Source of the DNA: a virus
Taxonomy: Duplodnaviria; Caudoviricetes
Reading direction: 5' to 3' (one strand)
DNA length: 60,525 nt
IMG/VR virus record: IMGVR_UViG_3300045739_000092
Location: 1 to 60,525 of that record
Shown here: one piece after another, positions 9,496-19,520 of the stretch
How positions within the stretch are numbered: position 1 is the first letter of the stretch
How the letters are laid out: every line of letters begins with the position of its first letter
Program-made: the position numbers and the translations under genes
Notes under the pieces: model-generated
What the model saw: only the letters and a program-made list of their open reading frames with translations
The model's database searches: none
Told to the model about the DNA's origin: nothing

Positions 9496-10104
9496 ATGAC
9501 TCGCAAGTTCACATCAGATAGTCCCTCGATGGAAGAGATCATGTCGGTGAAGAAACCGACGCAACGCTCTACGCGAATCTGCCTCCGTCCCGATCTGGTG
9601 GAGGAGCTCAACAACCTCCATGCCAAGAACTTCGATCGCTCCTCTCGTTTCAAGAGCCTGGCCGAAGCTCCCCCGGATACTCGGTATCAAGAGGCCATCG
9701 AGGCTCTACAGGCCGAGATAGAGGAGGCCACCGTCACCTTCGTCTTCCAGGGGGTCGGGCGTCGCAACTTCGAGCTGATGATGCAAGCTCACCCCCCGAC
9801 AGACGAACAGCAGGAGCGTCACAAGGCAGATACGGGCGAAGATCTCGTTTGGAACACAGATACCTTCCCGCCGGCCCTGGTCGCCGCTTCTTCCCTCACT
9901 CCCAAGATCTCCAAAGAGGAGGCCGTCAAGATCTTCGAGGACTGGGACGGACCAGACCTTCTCGACATCTTCAACGCAGCCTTCGCTGCCAATCAGTCGA
10001 AAGTCAACGCCCCTTTTTTCAAGCGAGATATAGGCGAGATCCTGTCTTCCGACTCGAGCTTGATTACTGCGCTGAACGAGGAATCCCCCATTCAGAGTTC
10101 CTGA
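9496..10104 (+). CDS. Tail assembly chaperone (gpG-like)
   Basis: Position; HPPTDEQ and NTDTFPPALVAAS motifs. Confidence 0.8.
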   Translation: MTRKFTSDSPSMEEIMSVKKPTQRSTRICLRPDLVEELNNLHAKNFDRSSRFKSLAEAPPDTRYQEAIEALQAEIEEATVTFVFQGVGRRNFELMMQAHPPTDEQQERHKADTGEDLVWNTDTFPPALVAASSLTPKISKEEAVKIFEDWDGPDLLDIFNAAFAANQSKVNAPFFKRDIGEILSSDSSLITALNEESPIQSS

Positions 10105-10373
10105 GTTGGCCTGACTCAGATCAAGAGAAGGTCATAGCCTGGGCCATCGAGCAGCGGCTCACCTGTCATGAGTGCGGTACTCGGTACGATGAGTGGAATC
10201 CCCATGAAGGGGGGAACCTACACGCGTACGACGCGGAAGCCTTCATCTGTCGAGGCTGTCAGGAACGGGACGCCGTCCTCTACGAGAAGGCCGAGCAGAA
10301 TCGGAAGTTCCAGGCTGCCAACCATGGGTTGAAGGTCAGGCTGAACCGCAGAGAACCCAAGCCCCTCCAGTAA
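10011..10373 (+). CDS. -1 frameshift extension of tail assembly chaperone (gpGT-like)
   Basis: Slippery C CCT TTT / T TTT TTC at 10011-10020; overlapping -1 ORF with CxxC...CxxC. Confidence 0.8.
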   Translation, partial: PFFQARYRRDPVFRLELDYCAERGIPHSEFLSWPDSDQEKVIAWAIEQRLTCHECGTRYDEWNPHEGGNLHAYDAEAFICRGCQERDAVLYEKAEQNRKFQAANHGLKVRLNRREPKPLQ

Positions 10374-10386
10374 TCTCCTAGGTGGT

Positions 10387-13300
10387 ATGGCTGACAAGAC
10401 AGTAGTCGTCAAGTTCATTGCCCAGACCTCTGGTTACGTAAGCCAGGTCAACGGCCTCAACGCTGCGACCAGGAGCATCGGCAATGAGGCCGCTACTGCA
10501 GCGGCCAAAGCGAAGTCGGCGACCCAGCAACTCGCCGCTGCCTCCATCGTCGCCTCCAAGATCGTCCTATTGGGTCTTGGTGGTGCTCTGGCCTTGTCTG
10601 CGAAGGCTGCCATTGATTTCGAGTCTTCCTTCGCCGGCGTCCGCAAGACCGTCCAGGCCTCCGAACCTGAGTTCGCTGCCCTGGCTTCACGGATCCGTGA
10701 GCTCGCCACTCGCATACCGGTCAACGTCAACGAGCTGAATCGAATCGCTGAGATTGGTGGTCAGCTAGGCATCGGGATCGAGGACCTAGAAGGCTTTGTC
10801 GAAGTGGTAGCTGCTCTGGGAGTGACCACCAACCTCTCTACCGAACAGGCTGCTACCGGTCTGGCCCGCCTGGCGAACATCATGGGTACCAGTCGAGGGG
10901 ATTTCGACCGCCTGGGCTCCATCATTGTTGACCTCGGGAACAACTTCGCCACCACCGAGTCCGAGATCCTCTCGATGGGCCTGCGTCTGGCACCCATCGG
11001 GGCCACTCTGGGAGCTTCCGAAGAGGCCGTGTTGGGCCTTGCCGCGGCCCTCACCGCAGTAGGGATCCCAGCCGAACGTGGTTCTACATCTATCCAGCGA
11101 CTCTTCATCGAGATGGCGGCTGCGGTAGAGGAGGGCGACGCCAAGCTCGCTACCTTCGCTCGTACTGCAGGTATGACCGCAGATGAGTTCGCTTCCCTCT
11201 TCGGGGAAGACCCCACTCGTGCCTACCTCGAGTTCGTCAAGGGGATAGACAGGGTCAAAGAGGCCGGTGGCGATGTCTTCCGCATCTTCTCTGACCTAGA
11301 TATCTCACAGCAACGCTCCATCGCGACCATCTTGGCCTCTGCCAATGCCAACCAGGATCTCGAAAGCGCCCTCGATAGAGCGAAGGAAGCTGGCGAGGAG
11401 AACACCGCCATGTGGGAAGAAGCTGCGAAGCGGTACGGCACCACTGCTTCTCAGATCCAGATCATGGCGAACAACTTCACCGATCTCCGCATCACTCTCG
11501 GCCAGTCTGCCGTTGGTGCGATCGCCGCTGCTCTGGAGTGGATCAACGCCCTCATCGACGGCATCAAGAACAACATCGAGACCGTGAAACAGCTCGGATC
11601 GGCCTTCTTGTGGTTGGCAGGAGCCCGTGTTGGTCTGGCATTTGTCATGTGGGTAGGCAAGAGCATCTCCCAGGTTTGGGCTCTAGTGTCCTCTATGGGT
11701 GCTGCCGTCACAGCTACCAAGCTGGCAGCCGCAGCTCTCGGCGCCTTCAACATCGTTGCTGCTGGACTCACCCTCATCACTATCGGCCTCATCGGGAAGT
11801 GGACCGAGGCGGCTCAGAAGGCCCGGGCGTTGGAGACAGCCGTGCGTGCCATCAATGATGCTTGGGAGGAGCAGGGTCAGTTAGAAGCTCTGAATCAGTT
11901 CCGCACCCAGATCTCTGACATGAAGACCTTCACCACCGAGATCCAGGACTTCCTGCTAGGCCAAGGGGTGACCCGTCTCGATCTTGCCAAGGCAACCCTC
12001 TTCGGAGATCCCGAGTCTCTCGAGAAGATCAATGCAGCTCTGGAAGTGATGAAGGGACGCCTGGCTGATATCCCCTCGATCGCTCCGACTGTGGGGGAGT
12101 GGGGCAACGTGCAGTACGTTCCCGATCAGGACATGCTCGTCGCTCAGATCTCAGAGGCGGAAGGGAACTTGTCTGACCTCGAGGACTTCTACGTTGAGCT
12201 CGGTCTACTCGGAGAGGGTGTCCTCGAAGAGCGGCGCCGACGACAACTGGAGCGTGTCCTCGACCTCAACTTCACCTATCCAGACCTGGCTCTCCGCAAC
12301 ATGGCGAAGTCCCTTGGTGCTCTCAGGACCTCCTACAGACAGACCGTGGATGACATAGAGGATCGACCGTTCACCTTCGCCGACATGATGGCAGAGGCCA
12401 CAGAAGAGGGTCTCGACGCCATGCAGGACTTCAGGGAAGACGCTGCTGACATCTGGGATGGTTTCCGAACTGACATTCGTGACACCTTCTACGACCTGGA
12501 GGCCGACCTCCTCGATAGCTTGCCTGTCTTCGATGAGTACGAGGGCGCCCTTGAAACCAGCCTTGGAGACATTCGCAAATCGCTGGAGCTCTTCACCGGT
12601 GACCTCCAGGCTTGGGTGGATACCAGAGCCGAGATCCTCGCTCGGTCGGATATCGGGGCAGCGGAGATAGCGATCTTCGATGAGTTCGATCTGGCCGAGA
12701 AGGCGTTCATCTCCTCTCTGAGTGAATCGGAGCTCGATGAGTTCATCGCTGATATCTTCCTTCCGGCCTTCGAGTCCACGAAGCAATCCGCTAAGGAACT
12801 CTTCATGCAGGATCTCCCCCGCATCATGGGGGACGGGATAACTTCGGTCAAAGAGCAGCTCATAGCCCGGGCACAGGAACTTGGGGAGGCCGGGCTCGAG
12901 CCCAAGCTGGCGTTCGAGCAAGCGGTGAAGGAAGGATTCGAGGCTCTCGGTATCGACATCGACCCCTCAGTAGTGAGTGAGGTTGCCGACGAACTCGCTC
13001 TGGATCCATCATGGTTCACAAGTGGTGGAGCTGCAGCCCTGGAGTTCGGTCGAGGGTTCTTCGCCTTCTGGGCTTCGATCTTCGGGCCTGAGTTCTTCGC
13101 AAATCTGGGGTTCGCTCCAAGGAACTTCTCTATTGACGACCTGCGATCCACATTGGGGAACCTCCCCGGAGACACACCTTCATCCGCTCCACCCCGCACC
13201 ATCACCGGTGCCTACGTCCCGGCTCCCGGCTACAACGTTACAGCCGGCTTGACCGGTGGGGGAAGTGGCGACACCTCTACTTCTGGGGGACCCACTCCCC

Positions 13301-13407
13301 GCAGCCTCGAGCTCACCATCGTCAATCCTCAGACGAACAACCTCTCTGAAGATGTACAGTCTGGTCTGTTGCTGGACAACTTGATCGAGGAACTGAGTCC
13401 TCGCTGA
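10387..13407 (+). CDS. Tape measure protein
   Basis: 1006 aa Ala-rich helical; AIDFESSFAGVRKTV TP901-like core. Confidence 0.95.
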   Translation: MADKTVVVKFIAQTSGYVSQVNGLNAATRSIGNEAATAAAKAKSATQQLAAASIVASKIVLLGLGGALALSAKAAIDFESSFAGVRKTVQASEPEFAALASRIRELATRIPVNVNELNRIAEIGGQLGIGIEDLEGFVEVVAALGVTTNLSTEQAATGLARLANIMGTSRGDFDRLGSIIVDLGNNFATTESEILSMGLRLAPIGATLGASEEAVLGLAAALTAVGIPAERGSTSIQRLFIEMAAAVEEGDAKLATFARTAGMTADEFASLFGEDPTRAYLEFVKGIDRVKEAGGDVFRIFSDLDISQQRSIATILASANANQDLESALDRAKEAGEENTAMWEEAAKRYGTTASQIQIMANNFTDLRITLGQSAVGAIAAALEWINALIDGIKNNIETVKQLGSAFLWLAGARVGLAFVMWVGKSISQVWALVSSMGAAVTATKLAAAALGAFNIVAAGLTLITIGLIGKWTEAAQKARALETAVRAINDAWEEQGQLEALNQFRTQISDMKTFTTEIQDFLLGQGVTRLDLAKATLFGDPESLEKINAALEVMKGRLADIPSIAPTVGEWGNVQYVPDQDMLVAQISEAEGNLSDLEDFYVELGLLGEGVLEERRRRQLERVLDLNFTYPDLALRNMAKSLGALRTSYRQTVDDIEDRPFTFADMMAEATEEGLDAMQDFREDAADIWDGFRTDIRDTFYDLEADLLDSLPVFDEYEGALETSLGDIRKSLELFTGDLQAWVDTRAEILARSDIGAAEIAIFDEFDLAEKAFISSLSESELDEFIADIFLPAFESTKQSAKELFMQDLPRIMGDGITSVKEQLIARAQELGEAGLEPKLAFEQAVKEGFEALGIDIDPSVVSEVADELALDPSWFTSGGAAALEFGRGFFAFWASIFGPEFFANLGFAPRNFSIDDLRSTLGNLPGDTPSSAPPRTITGAYVPAPGYNVTAGLTGGGSGDTSTSGGPTPRSLELTIVNPQTNNLSEDVQSGLLLDNLIEELSPR

Positions 13408-14135
13408 TGGCTAACTGGGACTACGCGTGGCAAGTTGATGGGCAAGCACTTTCCGACTACTGCGTCATGGTCAGACTTCCCTCTGAGTTCGCCATGCCTC
13501 GTCGGGGTCAGCACGTTGAGATTCCATTCCACCACGGCAACCGTCGTCCCTCTGGCCTGCATCTAGCTGGCGGTCAGTTCGGTCTCGAGACCACCATCCG
13601 GATGACCAATCCTTCGGGGGCTATCACCCACCCTGATGGTGCTGCCGGCCACGCCTACGAGAACTTCGGTAAGCTCAAAGAACTCTTCACCGGTAAGGGA
13701 GGCGCTTCTCCCCTCTTGCGCCGCACTGCTCCCCATCAAGGGACGGTGGAGATCCCAGTGGACCTTCTCTCTCAAGTTCAGAGTTCACAGAATCGTTTCA
13801 CCTTCCTGTGGCTTCTCTCTGCGGCAGACCCCTTCTGGTCTTCTACTTCTGTGGTCAACGAGACTGGTCCCGGTTCCTTCTCGGTAGGAGGCGACGCCCC
13901 CGTCAATGACATGATTATCACCTTCAACGCTGGCGGAACGGTGGGCCTCTCTGGTTCCTTGCACGCCCTCACGGGTACCTCTGGCATGGTGGTGGACGTT
14001 GGGGCTCGCAAGGTGACGACCGGCTCTGAGGCTGATCTTGTGCCCGCCACCCCCGAGTGGATGGAGTTCTATCCGGGCTCCGTCACCCTGACCGGTGTGT
14101 CAGTGAACGTCGACTTCTACGAGAAATGGCTCTGA
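13407..14135 (+). CDS. Distal tail (Dit-like) protein
   Basis: Directly after TMP; AADPFW motif. Confidence 0.7.
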   Translation: MANWDYAWQVDGQALSDYCVMVRLPSEFAMPRRGQHVEIPFHHGNRRPSGLHLAGGQFGLETTIRMTNPSGAITHPDGAAGHAYENFGKLKELFTGKGGASPLLRRTAPHQGTVEIPVDLLSQVQSSQNRFTFLWLLSAADPFWSSTSVVNETGPGSFSVGGDAPVNDMIITFNAGGTVGLSGSLHALTGTSGMVVDVGARKVTTGSEADLVPATPEWMEFYPGSVTLTGVSVNVDFYEKWL

Positions 14136-14138
14136 GAG

Positions 14139-17100
14139 ATGGCCTACAGCAAGGATTGGTGGGTAGAAGCCTGGACCTTGCCGGGTGTCGGGAGCTTCCA
14201 ACGTAAGGTTGCCAAGGTCGAAGCCATCTCAGCCTCGGTAGGCGATGGTGTGACGACTAAGGGCTCTGGCTCCATCGAAGTTCGTGCTCAGTACGACCGT
14301 CTCGATGAGATCTGCGATCCCAAGAACAACGTAGAGAGCCTTCTTCGCCTCTATGTCGATGGCAACGTGGTCTCCGAGTTCTACGCTCGGACACTCTCGT
14401 TCCCCTACGGGGAGAGTGGGAACAAGGTCATCAAGATCTCTGGTCCCGGGCTCGCAGATGCTCTCGACCACGCCATCGTCTTCCCCTACGACTACCCCAA
14501 AGCTCCTACCCGTGATCCTGACTGGATCTTCGGTTCCGAAGAGAACGCCATGGGCAACGCAGGGGCAGAAGACTATGGAGAGAGTGGCCTGCAGAACCCT
14601 GGTGCCGAGACGGGGACCATTGTCCCTTGGTTCACTACCTCTGCTGCCCTTATCGCCGATCAGACCTTCGTCCGAACGGGTTCCTGGTCCTTTCGGGTAA
14701 CGTCTGACATAGAAGAAGGCGGCGCTTCTCAGATCTTCTCGGTGCTTCCTGGCGCCCAGTACACGGTGACCGGATACGTGTTTGGAGTCGCTGGCGACAA
14801 GGTCCAAATGGGTCTCACCACTGATCCTGATGGGCAACCGAAGTTCACCTACACCCGTTTCAATGTAGTCGACCCTGAAACTGAGTGGCCTACTGAGACC
14901 GAGGTCCAACTCGACCACACCATCGCGGTAACGAATACCTGGGAGCAGGTACAACTCACCCTCATCACCGGTCGCCAGCAGACGAGGATGAAGCTGTCGT
15001 TCCGCGGGCTGAACGTCTCGCAACCGCAGGTGTTCCGTTTCGATGACGTAGATGCCAACGGCCCCTCGCTGGGAGCCGAACCGTGGATCTTCTCTCACCC
15101 ATCAGATCTGGCGAGTACCACCTTCGAGGCTACATCTGAGCAAGCTCGCACAGATACCCACTCCCTCAAGCTCACATGCAAGCAACAGCAGTATGTCTAC
15201 CAGCGGATCACCGGGATCACCCCTGGGGCCACCTACACCGCTACGGCCTACCTTCGCAACTCCATCGGTGATGTTTGGGAGTTTGTTCTCATGGACCCGA
15301 TGGGGAACATTCTGGCTCGAGACCAGCACACTCTCCCTGTCAACTCTTGGGACAAGTACGAGATTGTCACCACCCTCCCAGACACCATCTATGGGAACAA
15401 CCAAGACGTCCCTCCCGACACGGAGGTCTGGCTCGGGATTCGATACGTCAGCCCCAACGTCACTTCGACTGTGTACATAGATGATGTTTCGTTCGCCCCC
15501 GGGCTCCCGGGAACCACCTTCGGCGACATCATGACACAGCTCATGGACGATGCCGCGGTAGATCACATCGCCGATGGAAGGACATCGGCGGGCGGAGCGG
15601 GACACCTCGCATGGATCAAGTACGACTCCTGGAGCAACTCCCTCGATTCTGCCGGCAACACTTGGAACGACGCCAGTCTTTCGGTAGAGATCAGCAGGGG
15701 TCAGACCTACCTGCAGTTCCTCGAACAGATCGCTCGAAAGTTCGGTTACGAGTGGCGCCTGGCCTGGAATGGTTCTCAACACGAACTGAAGCTCTACAAC
15801 CCCTACGACCCGGCCACCAAGACTGGTGGTATGGGTACGGACCTCACCGCCACAGTCGGAATCGTTGAGGGCCAACCTGAGTCTGGGGACATCATCAAGT
15901 CCAATAGGGGAAGCTCGGCGGTCTTCGGAGAAGGGGCAGAAGGGCTCTACGACGAACAAACCGACGCCGGCCTCATCTCTGCCTATGGGCGTCGAGAACG
16001 CTACGTTGGTCTGAAGGAAGCCCTCGCTCTCTCTACCGTCCAGTCCCTCACAACAGAGGAGCTCAGCAAAGAGTCCGTTGACTCTGCGGAGCTCAAGCTG
16101 ACTTTCTGGGGAGGCCAGGACGTGCTCCCCTACACCGATTTCAACATCGGTGACACAGTGAGAATGGTTCTCAAAGAGTCAGAACAGATAGGGGATGAGC
16201 ACCGGGCGGTTCAGTTCTCTGTCAGGCTCACCGAGGAGGTCAGAGTCGACGTCGACTTCGGTGGCATCGTCTACCACCGTCCTGTCTGGTCAGGACCCCT
16301 ACCAGTAGCTCGAGGGGGCGGAGGGGCATCTTCTGGCCTGACCGAAGTTGTCTCTCGGCTGCATCGAGCTTTCAAGTCCCCGTTTGAGAGAGAACGCCCC
16401 AAGCTCTCTAACTCCACCCCCGTCCTCTTCGATCCTTCGTCGTCCCCTCCAACAGTCTTCGTGGCGGCATCAGACAGCAGCCAGCTTGACAAGAACAGAG
16501 CAGACTTCGTCTGTGATGGCACCGACGACCACGACGAGATCAACGCCGCCATTCTCTCAGGGATCGAGGGGCTCAGCGGCCTAGTAGCTCCTCGCATCTT
16601 CCTCGCTGAAGGGAACTACGTTGCAAACGGCGTGATAGGAGACTCAACGTGGGGTCCCTACATCTTGGAAGGCTTCGGGCGCTACAACACCCACATCATC
16701 AACAACTATGGGGGGACTGAGCAGCTTTGGCTCCCATCGGGTTCTGTCATGCGTGCTCTTGGGTACCAAGCTCACGCCACAATCACGGGATATGCCATCA
16801 AGGGGGTCGGTACCGATTCCCGATTGTTGATAGAGGATTGCCGGCTCTTCACATCAGAAGACGACTTCGTAGATGGGGGGCACCTTCTCCAGTACGACTC
16901 TTGGGCTGTGGTCATCAGGGACAGCACCCTTGCTACCACCGCGGACAACCGGTGTATCACGCACGGAGGACCAGAAGGCATCATCACCGGCAACGTCTTC
17001 GAGTCGGGGGCTGCCATCTATGTAGAGAGTCTCATAGGTACAGATGAGCTCTTCGTAGTCGGCAACATGGATCTCGGAGGACAAGAGTTCATCGAAGTTG

Positions 17101-17531
17101 CCGCTGGTCAGACCGGGAAGGTCATCGAGCGGGCCAACTACTACTCCGGGACCATCATCGGAGGTTCCGCCTCCATCGAACCCGGGACTCGAGACACCGA
17201 TCAGTTCTCTCAAGCTGGCGTCTTGTCTGTTGGGGCCGGCTCCTTCCGCCTTCCGGTGGTTGATGTGCGGAGAGTTCTCAAGGTGAGGGCGATGGTGGGA
17301 ACTGCCCCTGTTGGGGCCAGCGTCACCATCGACATCAACAAGAACGGGAGCACCATCTTCACCACACAGGGGAACAGGCCGACCATAGCTTCAGGGCAGA
17401 ACGATTCAGGAACGGCCGTTCCGGATATCACTGATCTGGCTCCTGGCGATTATGTCACTGTCGACATCGACACGGTGGGGGCACCTGGGACCGAAGGTGA
17501 AGATCTGGTAGTGACCCTGGTCACTGACTGA
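14139..17531 (+). CDS. Tail tip/hub protein with carbohydrate-binding-like modules and beta-helix-like region
   Basis: 1130 aa; NPGAE-type CBM-like repeats; ADFVCDGTDDHDEINAAI precedes a pectin-lyase-like region. Confidence 0.75.
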   Translation: MAYSKDWWVEAWTLPGVGSFQRKVAKVEAISASVGDGVTTKGSGSIEVRAQYDRLDEICDPKNNVESLLRLYVDGNVVSEFYARTLSFPYGESGNKVIKISGPGLADALDHAIVFPYDYPKAPTRDPDWIFGSEENAMGNAGAEDYGESGLQNPGAETGTIVPWFTTSAALIADQTFVRTGSWSFRVTSDIEEGGASQIFSVLPGAQYTVTGYVFGVAGDKVQMGLTTDPDGQPKFTYTRFNVVDPETEWPTETEVQLDHTIAVTNTWEQVQLTLITGRQQTRMKLSFRGLNVSQPQVFRFDDVDANGPSLGAEPWIFSHPSDLASTTFEATSEQARTDTHSLKLTCKQQQYVYQRITGITPGATYTATAYLRNSIGDVWEFVLMDPMGNILARDQHTLPVNSWDKYEIVTTLPDTIYGNNQDVPPDTEVWLGIRYVSPNVTSTVYIDDVSFAPGLPGTTFGDIMTQLMDDAAVDHIADGRTSAGGAGHLAWIKYDSWSNSLDSAGNTWNDASLSVEISRGQTYLQFLEQIARKFGYEWRLAWNGSQHELKLYNPYDPATKTGGMGTDLTATVGIVEGQPESGDIIKSNRGSSAVFGEGAEGLYDEQTDAGLISAYGRRERYVGLKEALALSTVQSLTTEELSKESVDSAELKLTFWGGQDVLPYTDFNIGDTVRMVLKESEQIGDEHRAVQFSVRLTEEVRVDVDFGGIVYHRPVWSGPLPVARGGGGASSGLTEVVSRLHRAFKSPFERERPKLSNSTPVLFDPSSSPPTVFVAASDSSQLDKNRADFVCDGTDDHDEINAAILSGIEGLSGLVAPRIFLAEGNYVANGVIGDSTWGPYILEGFGRYNTHIINNYGGTEQLWLPSGSVMRALGYQAHATITGYAIKGVGTDSRLLIEDCRLFTSEDDFVDGGHLLQYDSWAVVIRDSTLATTADNRCITHGGPEGIITGNVFESGAAIYVESLIGTDELFVVGNMDLGGQEFIEVAAGQTGKVIERANYYSGTIIGGSASIEPGTRDTDQFSQAGVLSVGAGSFRLPVVDVRRVLKVRAMVGTAPVGASVTIDINKNGSTIFTTQGNRPTIASGQNDSGTAVPDITDLAPGDYVTVDIDTVGAPGTEGEDLVVTLVTD

Positions 17532-18820
17532 TGGGCAACTACAACCAGCGGATCACTAACGCCTCGGACGAGGGCTACGCCGTCGCCGAGACCAGTTCCT
17601 TCAACAACGCCGTCAATCCCCAGCTTGGGGTCGTAGCAGCGGGAGCGCCATGGGGTCGTCTCCGCAACTATGCCTGGTTCCGCTTTCCGAATGTCACCAT
17701 CCCGCAGGGGGCTGATGTTCACCGTGCCTACATCATGTTCAAGACCACCAACCGGAGTACTTCTCCATACGGTGACATCTACTCCAACATCTACGCTGTC
17801 GATGAGGACAACCACGCAGCCCCGACATCGTTCTCAGAATGGAACACGGATCACGGCCTCCACACCACTGCTTCTGTCGCCTGGGGTCCTTTCGCAGCTT
17901 GGGGGACAGTGGGTATCGGGCTCCGGTTCAAGACTCCGAACATCGCCCCAGTCATAGACGAGGTTGTGAAGAGGGGGGGATGGTCGTCAGGAAACGCCAT
18001 CGGGATCCATATCGAGGGAGACCCAACCGCTCAGACTGAGAACCACTGGTGCGAGGTAGAGGACGTCGAGAACTCTGGGACTTCAGCAGCTCGCCTCTAC
18101 ATCGAGTGGGGAGAAGACCACTTCATCGAAGTCCATGGAGACATCGAGCTCCCTACCTACCAGGAACACGTTTCACCAGACGATGGCTACGACACCGAGA
18201 GCGCCATCAACTACACCAACACCCTGACCCTGGCGGGACGCCAGAACGCCAACTACCTCACTGGGCTGTTGGGGTTCATCTGCCACGCCCCTCAAGGGGC
18301 CACCATCGACAGTGCCTTCGTCCGCTTCCTCACCGTATCGGCAGCCGGCGCTGGCAACACTGTCGACATCGACATCTTCGGGCTGAAGAAGGATGACCAC
18401 ACTTCCCCTACCACTCACGCTGAGGTCGTCACCGATCACGGGCTGCATACCACTGCTTCCGCTCATTGGACTTTCGTCGCCAATAACACAGCAGGGGTTA
18501 CCCAGGACACTCCTGATATCTCGGCTGTCATCCAGGAGATAGTCGATAGACCGGGCTGGGCTCCCGGCAACACCCTTGGTCTGCACATCGAAGGAGTGTC
18601 CCCAACTCCGTCTCTGACATTCCAGCGATGGCAGACCTACGAGACGAACTTCTTCTCAGATGGGAAGGTTGAGCTCGAGCTCTACATTCAGTGGAGCCTC
18701 ACTGGTCCTATCCAGTTGGCGGGGTCGGGGAAAGCAGCCGCTCAGGGAGAAGGCGACTTGACCATTCTCGGCCAACCCTCCACCACCCTAATCGGTTGGG
18801 GTATCCCTATCGGAGCTTAG
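17531..18820 (+). CDS. Minor tail protein with internally duplicated domain
   Basis: Two copies of PQGA...DHGLHTTAS...TPxI..VI.E.V.R.GW..GN..G.HIEG. Confidence 0.75.
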   Translation: MGNYNQRITNASDEGYAVAETSSFNNAVNPQLGVVAAGAPWGRLRNYAWFRFPNVTIPQGADVHRAYIMFKTTNRSTSPYGDIYSNIYAVDEDNHAAPTSFSEWNTDHGLHTTASVAWGPFAAWGTVGIGLRFKTPNIAPVIDEVVKRGGWSSGNAIGIHIEGDPTAQTENHWCEVEDVENSGTSAARLYIEWGEDHFIEVHGDIELPTYQEHVSPDDGYDTESAINYTNTLTLAGRQNANYLTGLLGFICHAPQGATIDSAFVRFLTVSAAGAGNTVDIDIFGLKKDDHTSPTTHAEVVTDHGLHTTASAHWTFVANNTAGVTQDTPDISAVIQEIVDRPGWAPGNTLGLHIEGVSPTPSLTFQRWQTYETNFFSDGKVELELYIQWSLTGPIQLAGSGKAAAQGEGDLTILGQPSTTLIGWGIPIGA

Positions 18821-19177
18821 GTGTAGGTTCAGGGGGGCGGGGGGATGCCAGTTGGGGATCATGCCAGCGTCTACCAGTTGATGATGCAGTCGGTCACACC
18901 CCTCTCGGTACATACGAACTCGGTTCTCGAGGTCGGTGAGTCGAGTTCTCATGTAGTCGTTATCGGTTCTCAGCCGCTCCAGGTCGCGCTCGAGCGCCTC
19001 GATTCGTCCCTGGTCGATAGCCGCGTAGGTAGACGTCGCCTGAGCTCGAGCTAGGTCGTAGTCGCCCTCGGACTTCCTTCTACTGAACCACGCCGTCAAC
19101 CAACCCCCGCTGGCTGTCAGTATCCCCAAGACAACTGCAACAAGGGCCTGGTCGATCCCATCACTCACGATCGCCAT
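18788..19177 (-). CDS. Membrane-anchored coiled-coil protein (lysis-associated type)
   Basis: N-terminal TM then heptad coiled coil. Confidence 0.65.
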   Translation of the reverse strand: MAIVSDGIDQALVAVVLGILTASGGWLTAWFSRRKSEGDYDLARAQATSTYAAIDQGRIEALERDLERLRTDNDYMRTRLTDLENRVRMYREGCDRLHHQLVDAGMIPNWHPPAPLNLHLSSDRDTPTD

Positions 19178-19487
19178 TCCCACGCTCAATGAGCGAGCGG
19201 CTCATGAATCGGAAGCCGAGCCACATCGAATAAACGACTGCCAAGACTCCGACCCGTTGAGCGGTTCGGATTTCTTCTGGAACTGGGTTGTGCAAGAAAG
19301 CTGCCACGATGTAGGTCAATCCAAGGAAGCTGGTCGTTGCCCAAAGGAACTGCATGTAGGGCAGAGCCTTCGGCCTGTACGCGTGGTGAGCAACCCGGGT
19401 GCCGTAGTAACCGATGTAAATCAGTGCTGCTCCGGCGAGAATCCTCGTCCAGAATCCAAAACCCCAGAGATGGTGGAGAGCTACCAC
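19161..19487 (-). CDS. Three-TM membrane protein
   Basis: Three hydrophobic segments; TACTAT -10 six nt upstream of GTG. Confidence 0.65.
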   Translation of the reverse strand: MVALHHLWGFGFWTRILAGAALIYIGYYGTRVAHHAYRPKALPYMQFLWATTSFLGLTYIVAAFLHNPVPEEIRTAQRVGVLAVVYSMWLGFRFMSRSLIERGNGDRE

Positions 19488-19520
19488 GGATGGATAGTAG
19501 AACGTGGTAGCCTCAGATTC
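19480..19520. promoter_or_regulatory. Back-to-back putative leaderless promoters within a 9 bp inverted repeat
   Basis: TG-N-TAGCCT (19508-19513, +) 7 nt before GTG 19521; TACTAT (19499-19494, -) 6 nt before GTG 19487; GCTACCACG/CGTGGTAGC. Confidence 0.5.

Noticed and set aside
19257-19520. 5' extension of endolysin ORF
   Set aside because: Overlaps the antisense membrane gene; GTG 19521 with an extended -10 is the more plausible start.
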